NCBI GenBank assembly: GCA_017860135.1
Contig: JAFNAG010000001.1
Location: 1 to 45,591 of the forward strand
Length of the DNA stretch: 45,591 nucleotides
Origin: Acidobacteriota bacterium
GTDB lineage: Bacteria > Acidobacteriota > UBA6911
Direction of reading: 5' to 3'
Shown: in pieces, positions 10,079 to 18,794 of the stretch
How the letters are laid out: every line of letters starts with the position of its first letter
Numbering within the stretch: the first letter of the stretch is position 1
Notes under the pieces: model-generated
Databases searched by the model: none
The model's input: the letters and a program-made list of their open reading frames with translations, nothing else
What the model was told of the DNA's origin: nothing
Position numbers and translations under genes: made by a program

Positions 10079-11182
10079 TCAGATGTTGAATCGGAAAAGG
10101 ACGACATCTCCTTCCTGGACGGGGTAATCTTTTCCTTCGAGCCGGAGGAGGCCTTTGTTCCGCGCTGCCGGGAACGATCCCAGCCGGATCAGCTCCTCGT
10201 AGGCTATCACCTCCGCCTTGATGAATCCCCGCTCGAAATCGCTGTGAATTACACCGGCGGCCTGCTGCGCCGTGGTGTTGCGCGGTATCGTCCAGGCATG
10301 GACCTCCGCATCTCCCCCCGTGAAAAACGAAAACAGCCCCAGCAGTTCATAAGACTGATGTATGATCCGGGAAAGCCCGCTCGCAGAGAGGCCGAGGTCT
10401 TCCAGGAAGGGCGCCGCCTCTTCCTCGTCAAGACACGCGATCTCGGCTTCGATTTTCCCACACACCGCTGTGATCCCAACCCCCTGCTGCGCAGCCTGCC
10501 GCTGCAGTCCAAACTCTTCCACCACGCGCGGGATCCTGGACACATCCCGGTCACCCAGATTCAGCACCAGCAGCAGGGGCTTGGCGGAAAGAAATGTAAA
10601 TCCGCGCACCCGCTTGCGCTCTTCCTCCGTCAGCGGGAGCTCGCGCAACGGCCGTTCCTCCTCGAGCGCGGATTTGAAGCGCCCCAGCACCGCATCCTCC
10701 AGCTCAAGTTCCGGGGTCTTCGCCTTCTTGAGATCCTTCGACAGCCGGTCCAGGCGCTTTTCAATCACAGCCAGGTCGGCAAAAATCATCTCCAGCTCGA
10801 ACAGGCCGACGTCGCGGAGCGGATTGACGCTTCCTTCCGGATGCAATATGCTCTCGTCCTCGAACGCCCGCACGACATGCAGCAGCGCGTCGGCATTCTT
10901 CAGGCTGTGCAGATAGGTGCTCATGTCGCGCGGATCCTCATTCCTGCTCTCCCGGCGCGCCAGGCCGGGCAAATCGACATATTCGACCGTGGCATGCACG
11001 ACCTTTTTGGGACGGAAGATCTCCGCCAGCCGCGCCAGCCGCGGATCCGGCACCTGCGCCACTCCGATGTGAGCCTCCCCTTTCGCCCCGCCCCACGAGG
11101 ATGTATCCACATGTCCGCCAGTCAGCAGGTTGAAAATCGTGCTCTTTCCTACCTGTGGAAGTCCGACGATGCCTACCTTCAC
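10079..11182 (-). CDS. ychF: Redox-regulated ribosome-binding ATPase YchF
   Basis: The P-loop reads MKVGIVGLPQVGKSTIFNLLT. A coiled-coil insert and a C-terminal TGS-like end (WTIPRNTTAQQAAGVIHSDFERGFIKAEV...EGKDYPVQEGDVVLFRFN) are diagnostic of YchF/OLA1. Confidence 0.93.
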   Translation of the reverse strand: MKVGIVGLPQVGKSTIFNLLTGGHVDTSSWGGAKGEAHIGVAQVPDPRLARLAEIFRPKKVVHATVEYVDLPGLARRESRNEDPRDMSTYLHSLKNADALLHVVRAFEDESILHPEGSVNPLRDVGLFELEMIFADLAVIEKRLDRLSKDLKKAKTPELELEDAVLGRFKSALEEERPLRELPLTEEERKRVRGFTFLSAKPLLLVLNLGDRDVSRIPRVVEEFGLQRQAAQQGVGITAVCGKIEAEIACLDEEEAAPFLEDLGLSASGLSRIIHQSYELLGLFSFFTGGDAEVHAWTIPRNTTAQQAAGVIHSDFERGFIKAEVIAYEELIRLGSFPAARNKGLLRLEGKDYPVQEGDVVLFRFNI

Positions 11183-11640
11183 TCGAAACCCTCCCGATCT
11201 GTCAGGAAACCAATGGTATCACGAATGAGATTTCTTCCCACGAGGGCGATTCAGAGATTGTCTGCCCGGCATTCAAAGCCGCACGCGCCAGCTGGCGGTT
11301 TGGTTTGCCGGCAGGGTAAGGCCGCCCGTGCTCCGACGATCGATGCGCCACCCTGACCCGCCTTTCCTTCGCGACAGCCGCAGCATTGTCCCCTCCCGGT
11401 TTCCGACCCCCGGCTTCCCGTGGCGCTCGCATTTCCAGGGCGGGCCTGATTCTCGAGGAGTTCTTCCTCCGCCCAAAATCGATTCAGGCCTCCGCATGCG
11501 CTAGCATTTCCATTAAACATATCGTAAATATAGATTTATCTCAAACGTCCATGAGCCGGGAAGGGCACTGTGGCGAGCGGAAGGCGCCTCATGGAGAAAA
11601 CCGAACAGGCGGCGTGCGCAGAAAAGCGTATTCATACGTA

Positions 11641-11687
11641 AATAATTCCAATAATTGCTTGACATCGGTTCCGCGCGGACTTATTCT
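11641..11687 (+). promoter_or_regulatory. dcw (Pmra-type) promoter: A/T-rich UP-like element, -35 TTGACA, -10 TATTCT
   Basis: TTGACA lies at 11659-11664 and TATTCT at 11682-11687, separated by a 17-nt spacer. They are preceded by AATAATTCCAATAATTGC (11641-11658). The site is about 110 nt upstream of the mraZ ATG. Confidence 0.6.
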
Positions 11688-11691
11688 CCGC

Positions 11692-11718
11692 GTGGTGGTC
11701 CAAAGTGGCCGAAAGTGG
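11692..11718 (+). promoter_or_regulatory. Putative MraZ operator: phased GTGG direct repeats
   Basis: The sequence GTGGTGGtccaaaGTGGccgaaaGTGGta has GTGG at 11695, 11705 and 11715, an exact 10-nt phasing, with two AAAGTGG boxes. It starts immediately downstream of the -10 element. This matches the known MraZ binding architecture of short G-rich direct repeats spaced one helical turn apart at Pmra. Confidence 0.55.
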
Positions 11719-11797
11719 TAAGAGAGGGTCACAAGGTCCGAATTTCCCCAAAAATGCGATCTTTCCAAAAGTTCCATGTTGCCGTGGTTGAGGGCCC

Positions 11798-12238
11798 ATG
11801 CTCTGGGGAAGCTGTCCTGCAAGAATCGATGACAAGTTTCGGCTGAAGATTCCGGCCAAATTCCGCCGCGAGCTGCCGGAGACGGAAGACAACAGTTACT
11901 TCGTCACCAGCGACGACGGCAAGTGCGCTCAGATTTATCCGGTTTCCGTTTGGGAGCAAATCGCTCAGAAGCTGCAGGCGCCGCCTCGCATGGATCCGGC
12001 GAAGCTGAAGTTGCTCAAGTTCACCAGTTATTACGGCATGCTCGCGCAGATGGATCCCCAGGGGCGCATTCTCATTCCCCAGAGCTTGCGCGAGGACGCC
12101 AGGATTTCCGGCGATGTCATTGTAATGGCAAAGAACGATCATCTCGAAGTCTGGAACGACGAAGTCATTCGCCAAATCATGAAGGAAGATCCTCTCACCA
12201 ACCTGGACCGGGAGAGGCTGGCAGAGCAAGGGATTTGA
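11798..12238 (+). CDS. mraZ: Transcriptional regulator MraZ
   Basis: The protein is 146 aa with two SpoVT/AbrB-like halves (IDDKFRLKIPAKFRREL and MDPQGRILIPQSLRE). GAGGG lies upstream of the ATG. It is the first gene of the dcw cluster. Confidence 0.9.
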   Translation: MLWGSCPARIDDKFRLKIPAKFRRELPETEDNSYFVTSDDGKCAQIYPVSVWEQIAQKLQAPPRMDPAKLKLLKFTSYYGMLAQMDPQGRILIPQSLREDARISGDVIVMAKNDHLEVWNDEVIRQIMKEDPLTNLDRERLAEQGI

Positions 12239-12256
12239 TCAGAACGGCAGGTAGGC

Positions 12257-13240
12257 ATGGTGAGGGCGAACTGGCAGGCCGGCATGACAGGCACCCCGTG
12301 GAGCGGCTTGGCAATGGAACATCTCCCGGTCATGAGGGAGGAGGCCCTCGAATATCTCCAGTGCCGTCCGGGCGGGACTTATGTGGATGCGACTCTGGGG
12401 CTGGGAGGTCACGCCTGGGCCATTCTTGAGAGAATCCAGCCCGGCGGATTGCTGATCGGCCTGGATCGCGACAAGGAATCCCTGGAGAAAGCCCGTGTGC
12501 ATCTGCAGCCCTTCTCCGACATCACCCGCCTGCTGCACGAGAACTTTAAAAATCTCCCGCTGGTTCTCAACAATCTGGGCAACAGGCTGGTGGACGGAAT
12601 CCTGGTTGACCTCGGCATCTCCTCTTTCCAGTTGCTGGAGCCGGAGCGCGGTTTCAGCTTCCAGAGCGACGCCATGCTTGACATGCGCATGGACCGATCC
12701 CAGCGGCTGACGGCGGCCGACCTCGTGAACGATTTGTCGGAGGAGCGGCTCGCGGAAATCCTATTCCGTTACGGCGAAGAGCGGTTTTCCCGGCGCATTG
12801 CCGCCGCTATCGTCCGCGCCCGGGAGCATGCCCGGATCGCCCGCTGCACTCAGCTCGCCGAGATAGTGAGCGGGGCGCTGCGGGGCCGTCGCCCGCATCT
12901 GATTCACCCGGCGACGCGCACCTTTCAGGCGCTGCGTATCGCGGTAAACCAGGAACTCGAAGGTCTGGAAGAGTTTTTCATCAACACGGTCAGCTACCTG
13001 CGCCCCGGCGGCAGGTTGGTGGTCATTTCGTTTCATTCGCTGGAAGACCGCATCGTGAAGCGGTCGTTCCGAATGTTGTCCGGCCGCTGCGTGTGCGAAC
13101 GCACGCCGGAGCTGTGCACCTGCCCCCGTCGGGAGGAGGCACTGCCGGTCACCTCCCGCCCGGTCACGCCGGGGGACGCAGAGTTGGACATGAACCCGCG
13201 CGCCCGGAGCGCCAAGTTGCGGGCTCTGGAGCGAGTTTGA
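12257..13240 (+). CDS. rsmH: 16S rRNA (cytosine1402-N4)-methyltransferase RsmH
   Basis: Motifs are HLPVMREEALEYL, YVDATLGLGGH, DLGISSFQL, RGFSF and ISFHSLEDRIVK. The true start may be ATG 12314 (MEHLPVM...), which matches homologue N-termini and has GGAG 11 nt upstream. Confidence 0.9.
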   Translation: MVRANWQAGMTGTPWSGLAMEHLPVMREEALEYLQCRPGGTYVDATLGLGGHAWAILERIQPGGLLIGLDRDKESLEKARVHLQPFSDITRLLHENFKNLPLVLNNLGNRLVDGILVDLGISSFQLLEPERGFSFQSDAMLDMRMDRSQRLTAADLVNDLSEERLAEILFRYGEERFSRRIAAAIVRAREHARIARCTQLAEIVSGALRGRRPHLIHPATRTFQALRIAVNQELEGLEEFFINTVSYLRPGGRLVVISFHSLEDRIVKRSFRMLSGRCVCERTPELCTCPRREEALPVTSRPVTPGDAELDMNPRARSAKLRALERV

Positions 13241-13295
13241 GGAAAGCGGCTGTCTGTATCGCTTCGCTCCTCTCCACCCGAGGAGGCAACAAGCC

Positions 13296-13718
13296 ATGAT
13301 GAGTGATTGGTCGGCTGGAATGGAAAACCGGAACTACAAGATCCCGCGCCGCACCGACGTGGGCAACCTGATGGATCTCCTGGCGAGCATCCTGTGCATT
13401 CTCATGATCGCGGGCGCGCTGGTAGTACACCTGTCCATCCGCAGCCGGATTTATGGCCTCGGATATCAGGTACAGAGTCTGCAAAAACAGGAAAAGACTC
13501 TCCTGAGCATCCAGAACAACCTGGTTATTGAAGCAGAAACTCTCAAGCGGCCGCAGAACATTGACCGGCTTGCCCGGACTGAGCTGGGCATGGAGTCTCT
13601 TCGCCCAAACCAGGTGCTGCTCACGCGGCCGGGCCTTGGCGACGGGCCTGAGGCGCTGGCATTGGCCAGCACCCGGCAGACGAGCGCTCGTCCTGGGAGG
13701 CCCTCTTCGAACTACTGA
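13296..13718 (+). CDS. ftsL: Cell division protein FtsL
   Basis: This is a small bitopic protein with one TM segment (LLASILCILMIAGALVVHL) followed by a coiled coil (YQVQSLQKQEKTLLSIQNNL...RPQNIDRLARTELGM). GAGGAGG lies upstream. The position between rsmH and ftsI is canonical. Confidence 0.8.
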   Translation: MMSDWSAGMENRNYKIPRRTDVGNLMDLLASILCILMIAGALVVHLSIRSRIYGLGYQVQSLQKQEKTLLSIQNNLVIEAETLKRPQNIDRLARTELGMESLRPNQVLLTRPGLGDGPEALALASTRQTSARPGRPSSNY

Positions 13719-13720
13719 CG

Positions 13721-15802
13721 ATGACCGAACGAGGGAAGTGTTCCAATCCGGCTAGGGTAGCGCTGCTGATCGGCTGGATATCCCTGTGGGGCGTGGCCAT
13801 TCTCGCACGCCTGGTCCAAATCCAGATTCTCCAGCATGAAGAGTATTCCCGGCAGGCGCTCCGGAGCCAGCAGGTGACGAGCGAACTCTTCGCTCCGCGC
13901 GGCATCATTTACGACGCTCGAATGGACGAGCTGGCCGCGAATGTGGCCGTGAGCACCGTCGCCGCGGAGCCGATGAACATCGATGACCTGGAGGCGGCGG
14001 CACGCGGACTGGCGTCTGTCCTCGACCTGGATTTCGAGGAGCTTTACGCCCGCATGTCGGATCCTGCACGGCGCAGGTTCTTGATCGTGAAACGCCGCAT
14101 CGACCCGAAGGATGAGAGCCGGGTCGAAGCGCTCGGAATCAGCGGCGTCTATCTGTATGAAGAAAGCATGCGCGTCTATCCCAATTGCGAGCTGGCCAGC
14201 CAGACCCTCGGATTTGTCAACATGAACGGGGACGGTGGGGCGGGGATCGAATTGCTGTACGACCGCGAGCTCGAGGGAATCCAGGGCCAGATCACGTTCG
14301 AGGTCGATGCACGGCGTCGTCCCTTCCGCGGAAAAGTGCTGGTCCCTTCGCGCCAGGGGAATTCCCTTATCTTAAGCCTGGATCGTTCGATTCAATATAT
14401 CGCAGAGCGGGAGCTGGCGGCGGGGGTGGAGAGCACGAGGGCGGCGGGCGGCACCGCCATCGTAATGGAATCCGATTCGGGCAGGATCCTGGCTCTCGCC
14501 AACTATCCGGGCTTCAACTCGAACGCATACAATGAATACCCGCAGGAACTGCACAGGAACCGGGCGGTTACCGACTATTTCGAGCCGGGTTCCACTTTCA
14601 AGGTGGTCGTGGCGGCCGCAGCCCTGGAGCAGGGGCTGACGCGGCCGGACGAGCTCATCGATTGCCAGATGGGCGCCCTGAGGATCGGCAGACACGTCTT
14701 TCACGATCACAAGCCGTACGGTTACCTGACCTTCACACAGGTGCTGGAGAATTCATCCAATATAGGCGCCGCAAAGCTCGGGTTGCGCCTCGGGGACCAG
14801 CGCCTGCACGAAGCCCTGCTGCACTTCGGTTTCGGCGCGAAGACGGGCATTGATCTGCCGGGGGAGATCCCGGGATTGGTGCGCGATCTGCGGAACTGGT
14901 CGGGCCTCTCTGCGGCCGCGATCTCCTTTGGTCAGGAGGTGGGGGTTACTTCCCTGCAGATCCTGTGCGCCATCAACGCCATCGGGAACGGCGGCTACCG
15001 TGTGCGCCCTTTCTTTGTGGACCGAGTGGTCGACGAGGACGGCAATCTTGTGCGCGCCACCGTTCCGGAAAGGACCCGGACCATGCGGGAGGAGACCGCA
15101 GCCGCGGTGCGCGAGGCGTTCGAAGGCGTAGTCTTGCGCGGCACCGCGAGGAAGGCTGCCCTGGAGGGCTACCGCGCCGCCGGCAAGACCGGGACAGCAC
15201 AGAAGATCGACGGGGGCCGCTATTCGAGCACGAAGTTCATCGCATCGTTCATCGGCTTTGCGCCCCTTCCCCGGCCCAGGATCTCGGTGCTCGTCCAGAT
15301 CGACGAGCCCAAAGGAAGGATCTACGGCGGTGACGTTTCCGCTCCGATCTTCAGCCGGATCGCCCAGGAGGCGCTGATGCAGCTCCGCATCCCCCCTGAC
15401 CAGCCCCTGCCCGTGCGGCCGGAGAGGATCCGCTCCGTGACGGCAGATGATTCCGGGGATTTCCTCCCCGACGCCACGCCGGTACTCCCGATCACATCTG
15501 CCACGGAAACCAGCGAGGGCCTGTCCCAGGACGGAACGGTTGCGCTTCTGGCAGCCGAGGAGAGCGTTTCGGTCCCGGACTTCACTACCATGTCCAAGCG
15601 GGCCGTCGTGGAGCGTTGCCAGGAGCTTGGGCTCAGGATCCAGACACAGGGGGAAGGAGCGGCGATCATGCAGGTGCCGCCCTCGGGCACACTCGTCCCG
15701 GTCGGGAGCGTCTGCAACGTCGTCTTTGCGCGAAGCAGGCCCGGCAGAGCCGGGGCGCCCATGGCTCCGGCAAGACTGCAGGCGTCTGCCGGCAAGCGGT
15801 GA
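13721..15802 (+). CDS. ftsI: Peptidoglycan D,D-transpeptidase FtsI (class B PBP) with a C-terminal PASTA domain
   Basis: It has an N-terminal TM anchor and a dimerisation domain. The transpeptidase motifs are STFK (EPGSTFKVV), SSN (LENSSNIG) and KTG (AGKTGTAQ). The C-terminal segment VSVPDFTTMSKRAVVERCQELGLRIQTQGEGAAIMQVPPSGTLVPVGSVCNVVF fits the PASTA consensus. Confidence 0.9.
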   Translation: MTERGKCSNPARVALLIGWISLWGVAILARLVQIQILQHEEYSRQALRSQQVTSELFAPRGIIYDARMDELAANVAVSTVAAEPMNIDDLEAAARGLASVLDLDFEELYARMSDPARRRFLIVKRRIDPKDESRVEALGISGVYLYEESMRVYPNCELASQTLGFVNMNGDGGAGIELLYDRELEGIQGQITFEVDARRRPFRGKVLVPSRQGNSLILSLDRSIQYIAERELAAGVESTRAAGGTAIVMESDSGRILALANYPGFNSNAYNEYPQELHRNRAVTDYFEPGSTFKVVVAAAALEQGLTRPDELIDCQMGALRIGRHVFHDHKPYGYLTFTQVLENSSNIGAAKLGLRLGDQRLHEALLHFGFGAKTGIDLPGEIPGLVRDLRNWSGLSAAAISFGQEVGVTSLQILCAINAIGNGGYRVRPFFVDRVVDEDGNLVRATVPERTRTMREETAAAVREAFEGVVLRGTARKAALEGYRAAGKTGTAQKIDGGRYSSTKFIASFIGFAPLPRPRISVLVQIDEPKGRIYGGDVSAPIFSRIAQEALMQLRIPPDQPLPVRPERIRSVTADDSGDFLPDATPVLPITSATETSEGLSQDGTVALLAAEESVSVPDFTTMSKRAVVERCQELGLRIQTQGEGAAIMQVPPSGTLVPVGSVCNVVFARSRPGRAGAPMAPARLQASAGKR

Positions 15803-15814
15803 AGGGCCGGAACT

Positions 15815-17293
15815 ATGCGGATAGCGGAAATGCTCGATCGGATTACCGGGATTACCTTCGAGGGGAACCCGCGCATAGAGATCTCCGGCATATCGCATGA
15901 TTCCCGCCGGGTGAAAACGGGGGACTTGTTTGTCGCCCTCAAAGGGGAAAAGACCGACGGAGCCCGATACGTGGACGAGGCGATCCGGCGCGGCGCGGTT
16001 GCTATCGCTTCGGATCACGGGCTGGAACCGGGCCATGGGGCGCCGGTTCTGCTGGTCCCCGATGCGCGACAGTTCCTCGCGGAATCTTCGCGCTGGGTAT
16101 ACCGGGATCCGGCTGCGGAGATGCGGCTGGTTGCCATCACGGGAACCAACGGCAAAACGACCACAGCGGGCCTGGTGGACGCCATTTTTCGCGGTGCCGG
16201 GATCCCATCCTGCCTCGTCGGCACCCTGGGGATGAAAATCGGCGACCGCCCGTTTCCGAGCAATCACACAACTCCGGAGGCAAGTGATCTGACGGCGTTC
16301 CTACGGCAGGCCCGGACGCAGGGCTGCACCCACGGCGTTCTCGAGGTCTCCTCCCATGCGCTGGCGCTGAAACGGGTCTTCGGAACCCGGTTCGCGGTCG
16401 GGGTTTTCTCCAATCTGACTCCCGAGCACCTTGATTTCCATCACGACATGGAGTCCTACTACCAGGCCAAGCGGATCCTGTTCCGGCCGGAAGGTGCCAA
16501 CTCCGTCGGCGCGTCGGTTCTCAATATCGACGACGCTTACGGGCGGCGCCTCGCAGCTGAGGTCCACGGGACGGTCTTGCGCTACGGTTTCGACCCGGCG
16601 GCTGAGGTACACGTGCGGAGCAGCCGGACGCGGCCGGACGGGATCGAGCTGCGACTCTCGACACCCTGGGGAGACCTGGACATTGAGAGCCATCTGATCG
16701 GCCGGCCGAACCTGTACAACATCATGGCCGCCGCCGCTGCCACGCTGAGCCTGGAAATTCCCCTGCACGCCGTGCGCCTCGGCATAGAGTCCCTGAGCGG
16801 AGTTCCGGGGCGGCTGGAACCGGTTCGGGGCGGCCAGCCGTACACCGTGATCGTAGATTACGCCCATTCGCCGGACGCTCTGGAAAAACTCCTGGAAACC
16901 GTCAGACAGCTCACCCGGGGCCGCCTGATAGCGGTCTTCGGCTGCGGCGGAGACCGGGACCGCGGCAAAAGGCCTCTTATGGGAGAAATCGCAACCCGCC
17001 TCAGCGACCTTGTGATCGCCACCTCCGACAATCCGCGCAGCGAGGATCCCGCGGCCATCCTGGCCGAGATCGAATCCGGATTGAAGCGCGGCGCGGCACC
17101 CTACAGGCTCCTGCCGGACCGCCGCGAGGCGATCCGCGCCGCCCTGAGCCAGGCTGCTGCGGGGGACGCCGTCGTGATCGCCGGGAAAGGGCACGAGAGC
17201 TATCAGGTGATCGGGGCAGAAGCGCTTCCCTTTGACGACCGCGCCGTCGCAGGAGAACTCCTCCGGGAACTGCGCCGCGCGCGAGGAGAATGA
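15815..17293 (+). CDS. murE: UDP-N-acetylmuramoyl-L-alanyl-D-glutamate--2,6-diaminopimelate ligase
   Basis: The Mur ligase P-loop reads ITGTNGKTTTA. The DNPR motif (TSDNPRSEDP) is typical of meso-DAP-adding MurE. The dcw position is canonical. Confidence 0.92.
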   Translation: MRIAEMLDRITGITFEGNPRIEISGISHDSRRVKTGDLFVALKGEKTDGARYVDEAIRRGAVAIASDHGLEPGHGAPVLLVPDARQFLAESSRWVYRDPAAEMRLVAITGTNGKTTTAGLVDAIFRGAGIPSCLVGTLGMKIGDRPFPSNHTTPEASDLTAFLRQARTQGCTHGVLEVSSHALALKRVFGTRFAVGVFSNLTPEHLDFHHDMESYYQAKRILFRPEGANSVGASVLNIDDAYGRRLAAEVHGTVLRYGFDPAAEVHVRSSRTRPDGIELRLSTPWGDLDIESHLIGRPNLYNIMAAAAATLSLEIPLHAVRLGIESLSGVPGRLEPVRGGQPYTVIVDYAHSPDALEKLLETVRQLTRGRLIAVFGCGGDRDRGKRPLMGEIATRLSDLVIATSDNPRSEDPAAILAEIESGLKRGAAPYRLLPDRREAIRAALSQAAAGDAVVIAGKGHESYQVIGAEALPFDDRAVAGELLRELRRARGE

Positions 17294-17384
17294 TACCGTG
17301 GCGAGTTACATCAACAATCCGACGGTGCTCGATCGCAAGTACGGCGGCATTCGGCCTTCAACTGCCATCTTGATGGATCTGGTT

Positions 17385-18794
17385 ATGGCTCAATTCAACG
17401 CGGCACAAATGGAAGCCGCCACCGGCGGAAACCTGATATCGGGTTCAAAGAACACCAGCTTGTCGGGGGTATCGATCGACACGCGCACGCTGCGTCCTTC
17501 GGATCTCTTTTTTGCCATCCGCGGCAGTCGAAACGATGGGCACGACTATGTGATGAGCGCAATCCAGAAGGGCGCCGCGGGCGCCGTGGTCGACCGGCGC
17601 TTCAGCATCCCCGGGGAATTCCCCCCGGACAGGATCCTGTTGCAGGTGCAGGACACACACAAGGCCCTCAGGGACATGGCTGCCGAGGTTCGCACGCAGT
17701 GGCGCGGAAGCCTGGTCGGCATCACCGGAAGCATGGGAAAGACCACCACCAAGGAGTTCATGGCCCAGGTTCTGCAAACGGAATTCAGCGTCTACCGCTC
17801 GCCCGGCAACCTCAACAACCTGTTCGGGCTCCCCCTGGCCGTTTTCGGTCTCAGCCCCGAGGACCACATCGGCATCTTCGAGATGGGGATGAGCGCTTCG
17901 GGCGAGATCGCCGAGATGTGCCGGATCGCGCTGCCCGACTTCGGTGTGATCACGAACATCGCCCCGGTTCACCTGGAATTCTTCGAGTCCGTGGAGGCAA
18001 TCGCGCGTGCCAAGGAAGAGCTCGCTCAGGGGCTCGGGGCGCGGGGGACGCTGATCTACAACGCCGACGACCCGCTTGTCCGCGACATCGCCGGCCGCTT
18101 CCCCGGGGACACAATCTCCTTCGGCATCTCCGCCGCCGCTGACATCCGGGCGGAAGCAGTGGAAATCACGGGACTGACAGAAACCCGGTTCCGCCTCGTG
18201 TGCGAGGGCGTCAGCCGGCGCGCCGTCCTTCCCGTATGCGGGCTTCATTATGTCATGAACGCACTCCCGGCCGCAGCCCTCGCGCACCGCTATGCCATCG
18301 ACCTCGAGCAGATCGTGGAGAGCATGCGCCACCTGCAACAGGCGCACATGCGCGGCCAGGTGCTGCATTTCCGCGAGGGATTCACGGTCATCGACGACTC
18401 CTACAACTCCAATCCGCAGGCTCTGCGGCTCATGATCGAAACCTTCAGCCGCGTCCCGCACTATTCCCGGCGCATCCTCGTGGCCGGAGAAATGCTGGAA
18501 TTGGGCAAAGATTCGGAATCCCTGCACCGCCAGTGCGGGTTGCAGGCCGGGAAAAGCGGCGTGGACATCCTGGTGGGAGTCCAGGGGGCCGCGCGGGAGA
18601 TCGTGCGCGGCGCGGCGGCGGCTGGAATGGCGGAAACACAGATCCATTTTTTCACTGAGATCAATCCGGCGATCGATTTCGTGTTCCGGAAAATCCAGCC
18701 GGGAGATCTTGTCCTCATCAAGGGCTCGCGCGGCGTCCACCTCGAGAAAATGGTGCACGCCCTGCGTGCCGGTTATTCGGAGATGGCCGGCTGA
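17385..18794 (+). CDS. murF: UDP-N-acetylmuramoyl-tripeptide--D-alanyl-D-alanine ligase
   Basis: Motifs are ITGSMGKTTTKE, IDDSYNSNP and the VSIDTRTLRPSDLFFAIRG N-domain. The start at ATG 17385 (MAQFNAAQME...) aligns with homologue N-termini. Alternatives are GTG 17298 (with GAGGAG upstream) and the track start 17232, which overlaps murE. Confidence 0.88.
   Translation: MAQFNAAQMEAATGGNLISGSKNTSLSGVSIDTRTLRPSDLFFAIRGSRNDGHDYVMSAIQKGAAGAVVDRRFSIPGEFPPDRILLQVQDTHKALRDMAAEVRTQWRGSLVGITGSMGKTTTKEFMAQVLQTEFSVYRSPGNLNNLFGLPLAVFGLSPEDHIGIFEMGMSASGEIAEMCRIALPDFGVITNIAPVHLEFFESVEAIARAKEELAQGLGARGTLIYNADDPLVRDIAGRFPGDTISFGISAAADIRAEAVEITGLTETRFRLVCEGVSRRAVLPVCGLHYVMNALPAAALAHRYAIDLEQIVESMRHLQQAHMRGQVLHFREGFTVIDDSYNSNPQALRLMIETFSRVPHYSRRILVAGEMLELGKDSESLHRQCGLQAGKSGVDILVGVQGAAREIVRGAAAAGMAETQIHFFTEINPAIDFVFRKIQPGDLVLIKGSRGVHLEKMVHALRAGYSEMAG

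Noticed and set aside
11202-11721. Several 60-110-aa ORFs on both strands in the 615-bp ychF-mraZ intergenic region. The possibility of an ncRNA in its GC-rich left half was also considered.
   Set aside because: The translations are Arg/Pro/Gly-rich with no motifs or SD sequences. I found no match to conserved cores of RNase P, SRP, tmRNA, 6S or common riboswitches by eye. The region is left unannotated, and an Infernal/Rfam scan would be the proper test.
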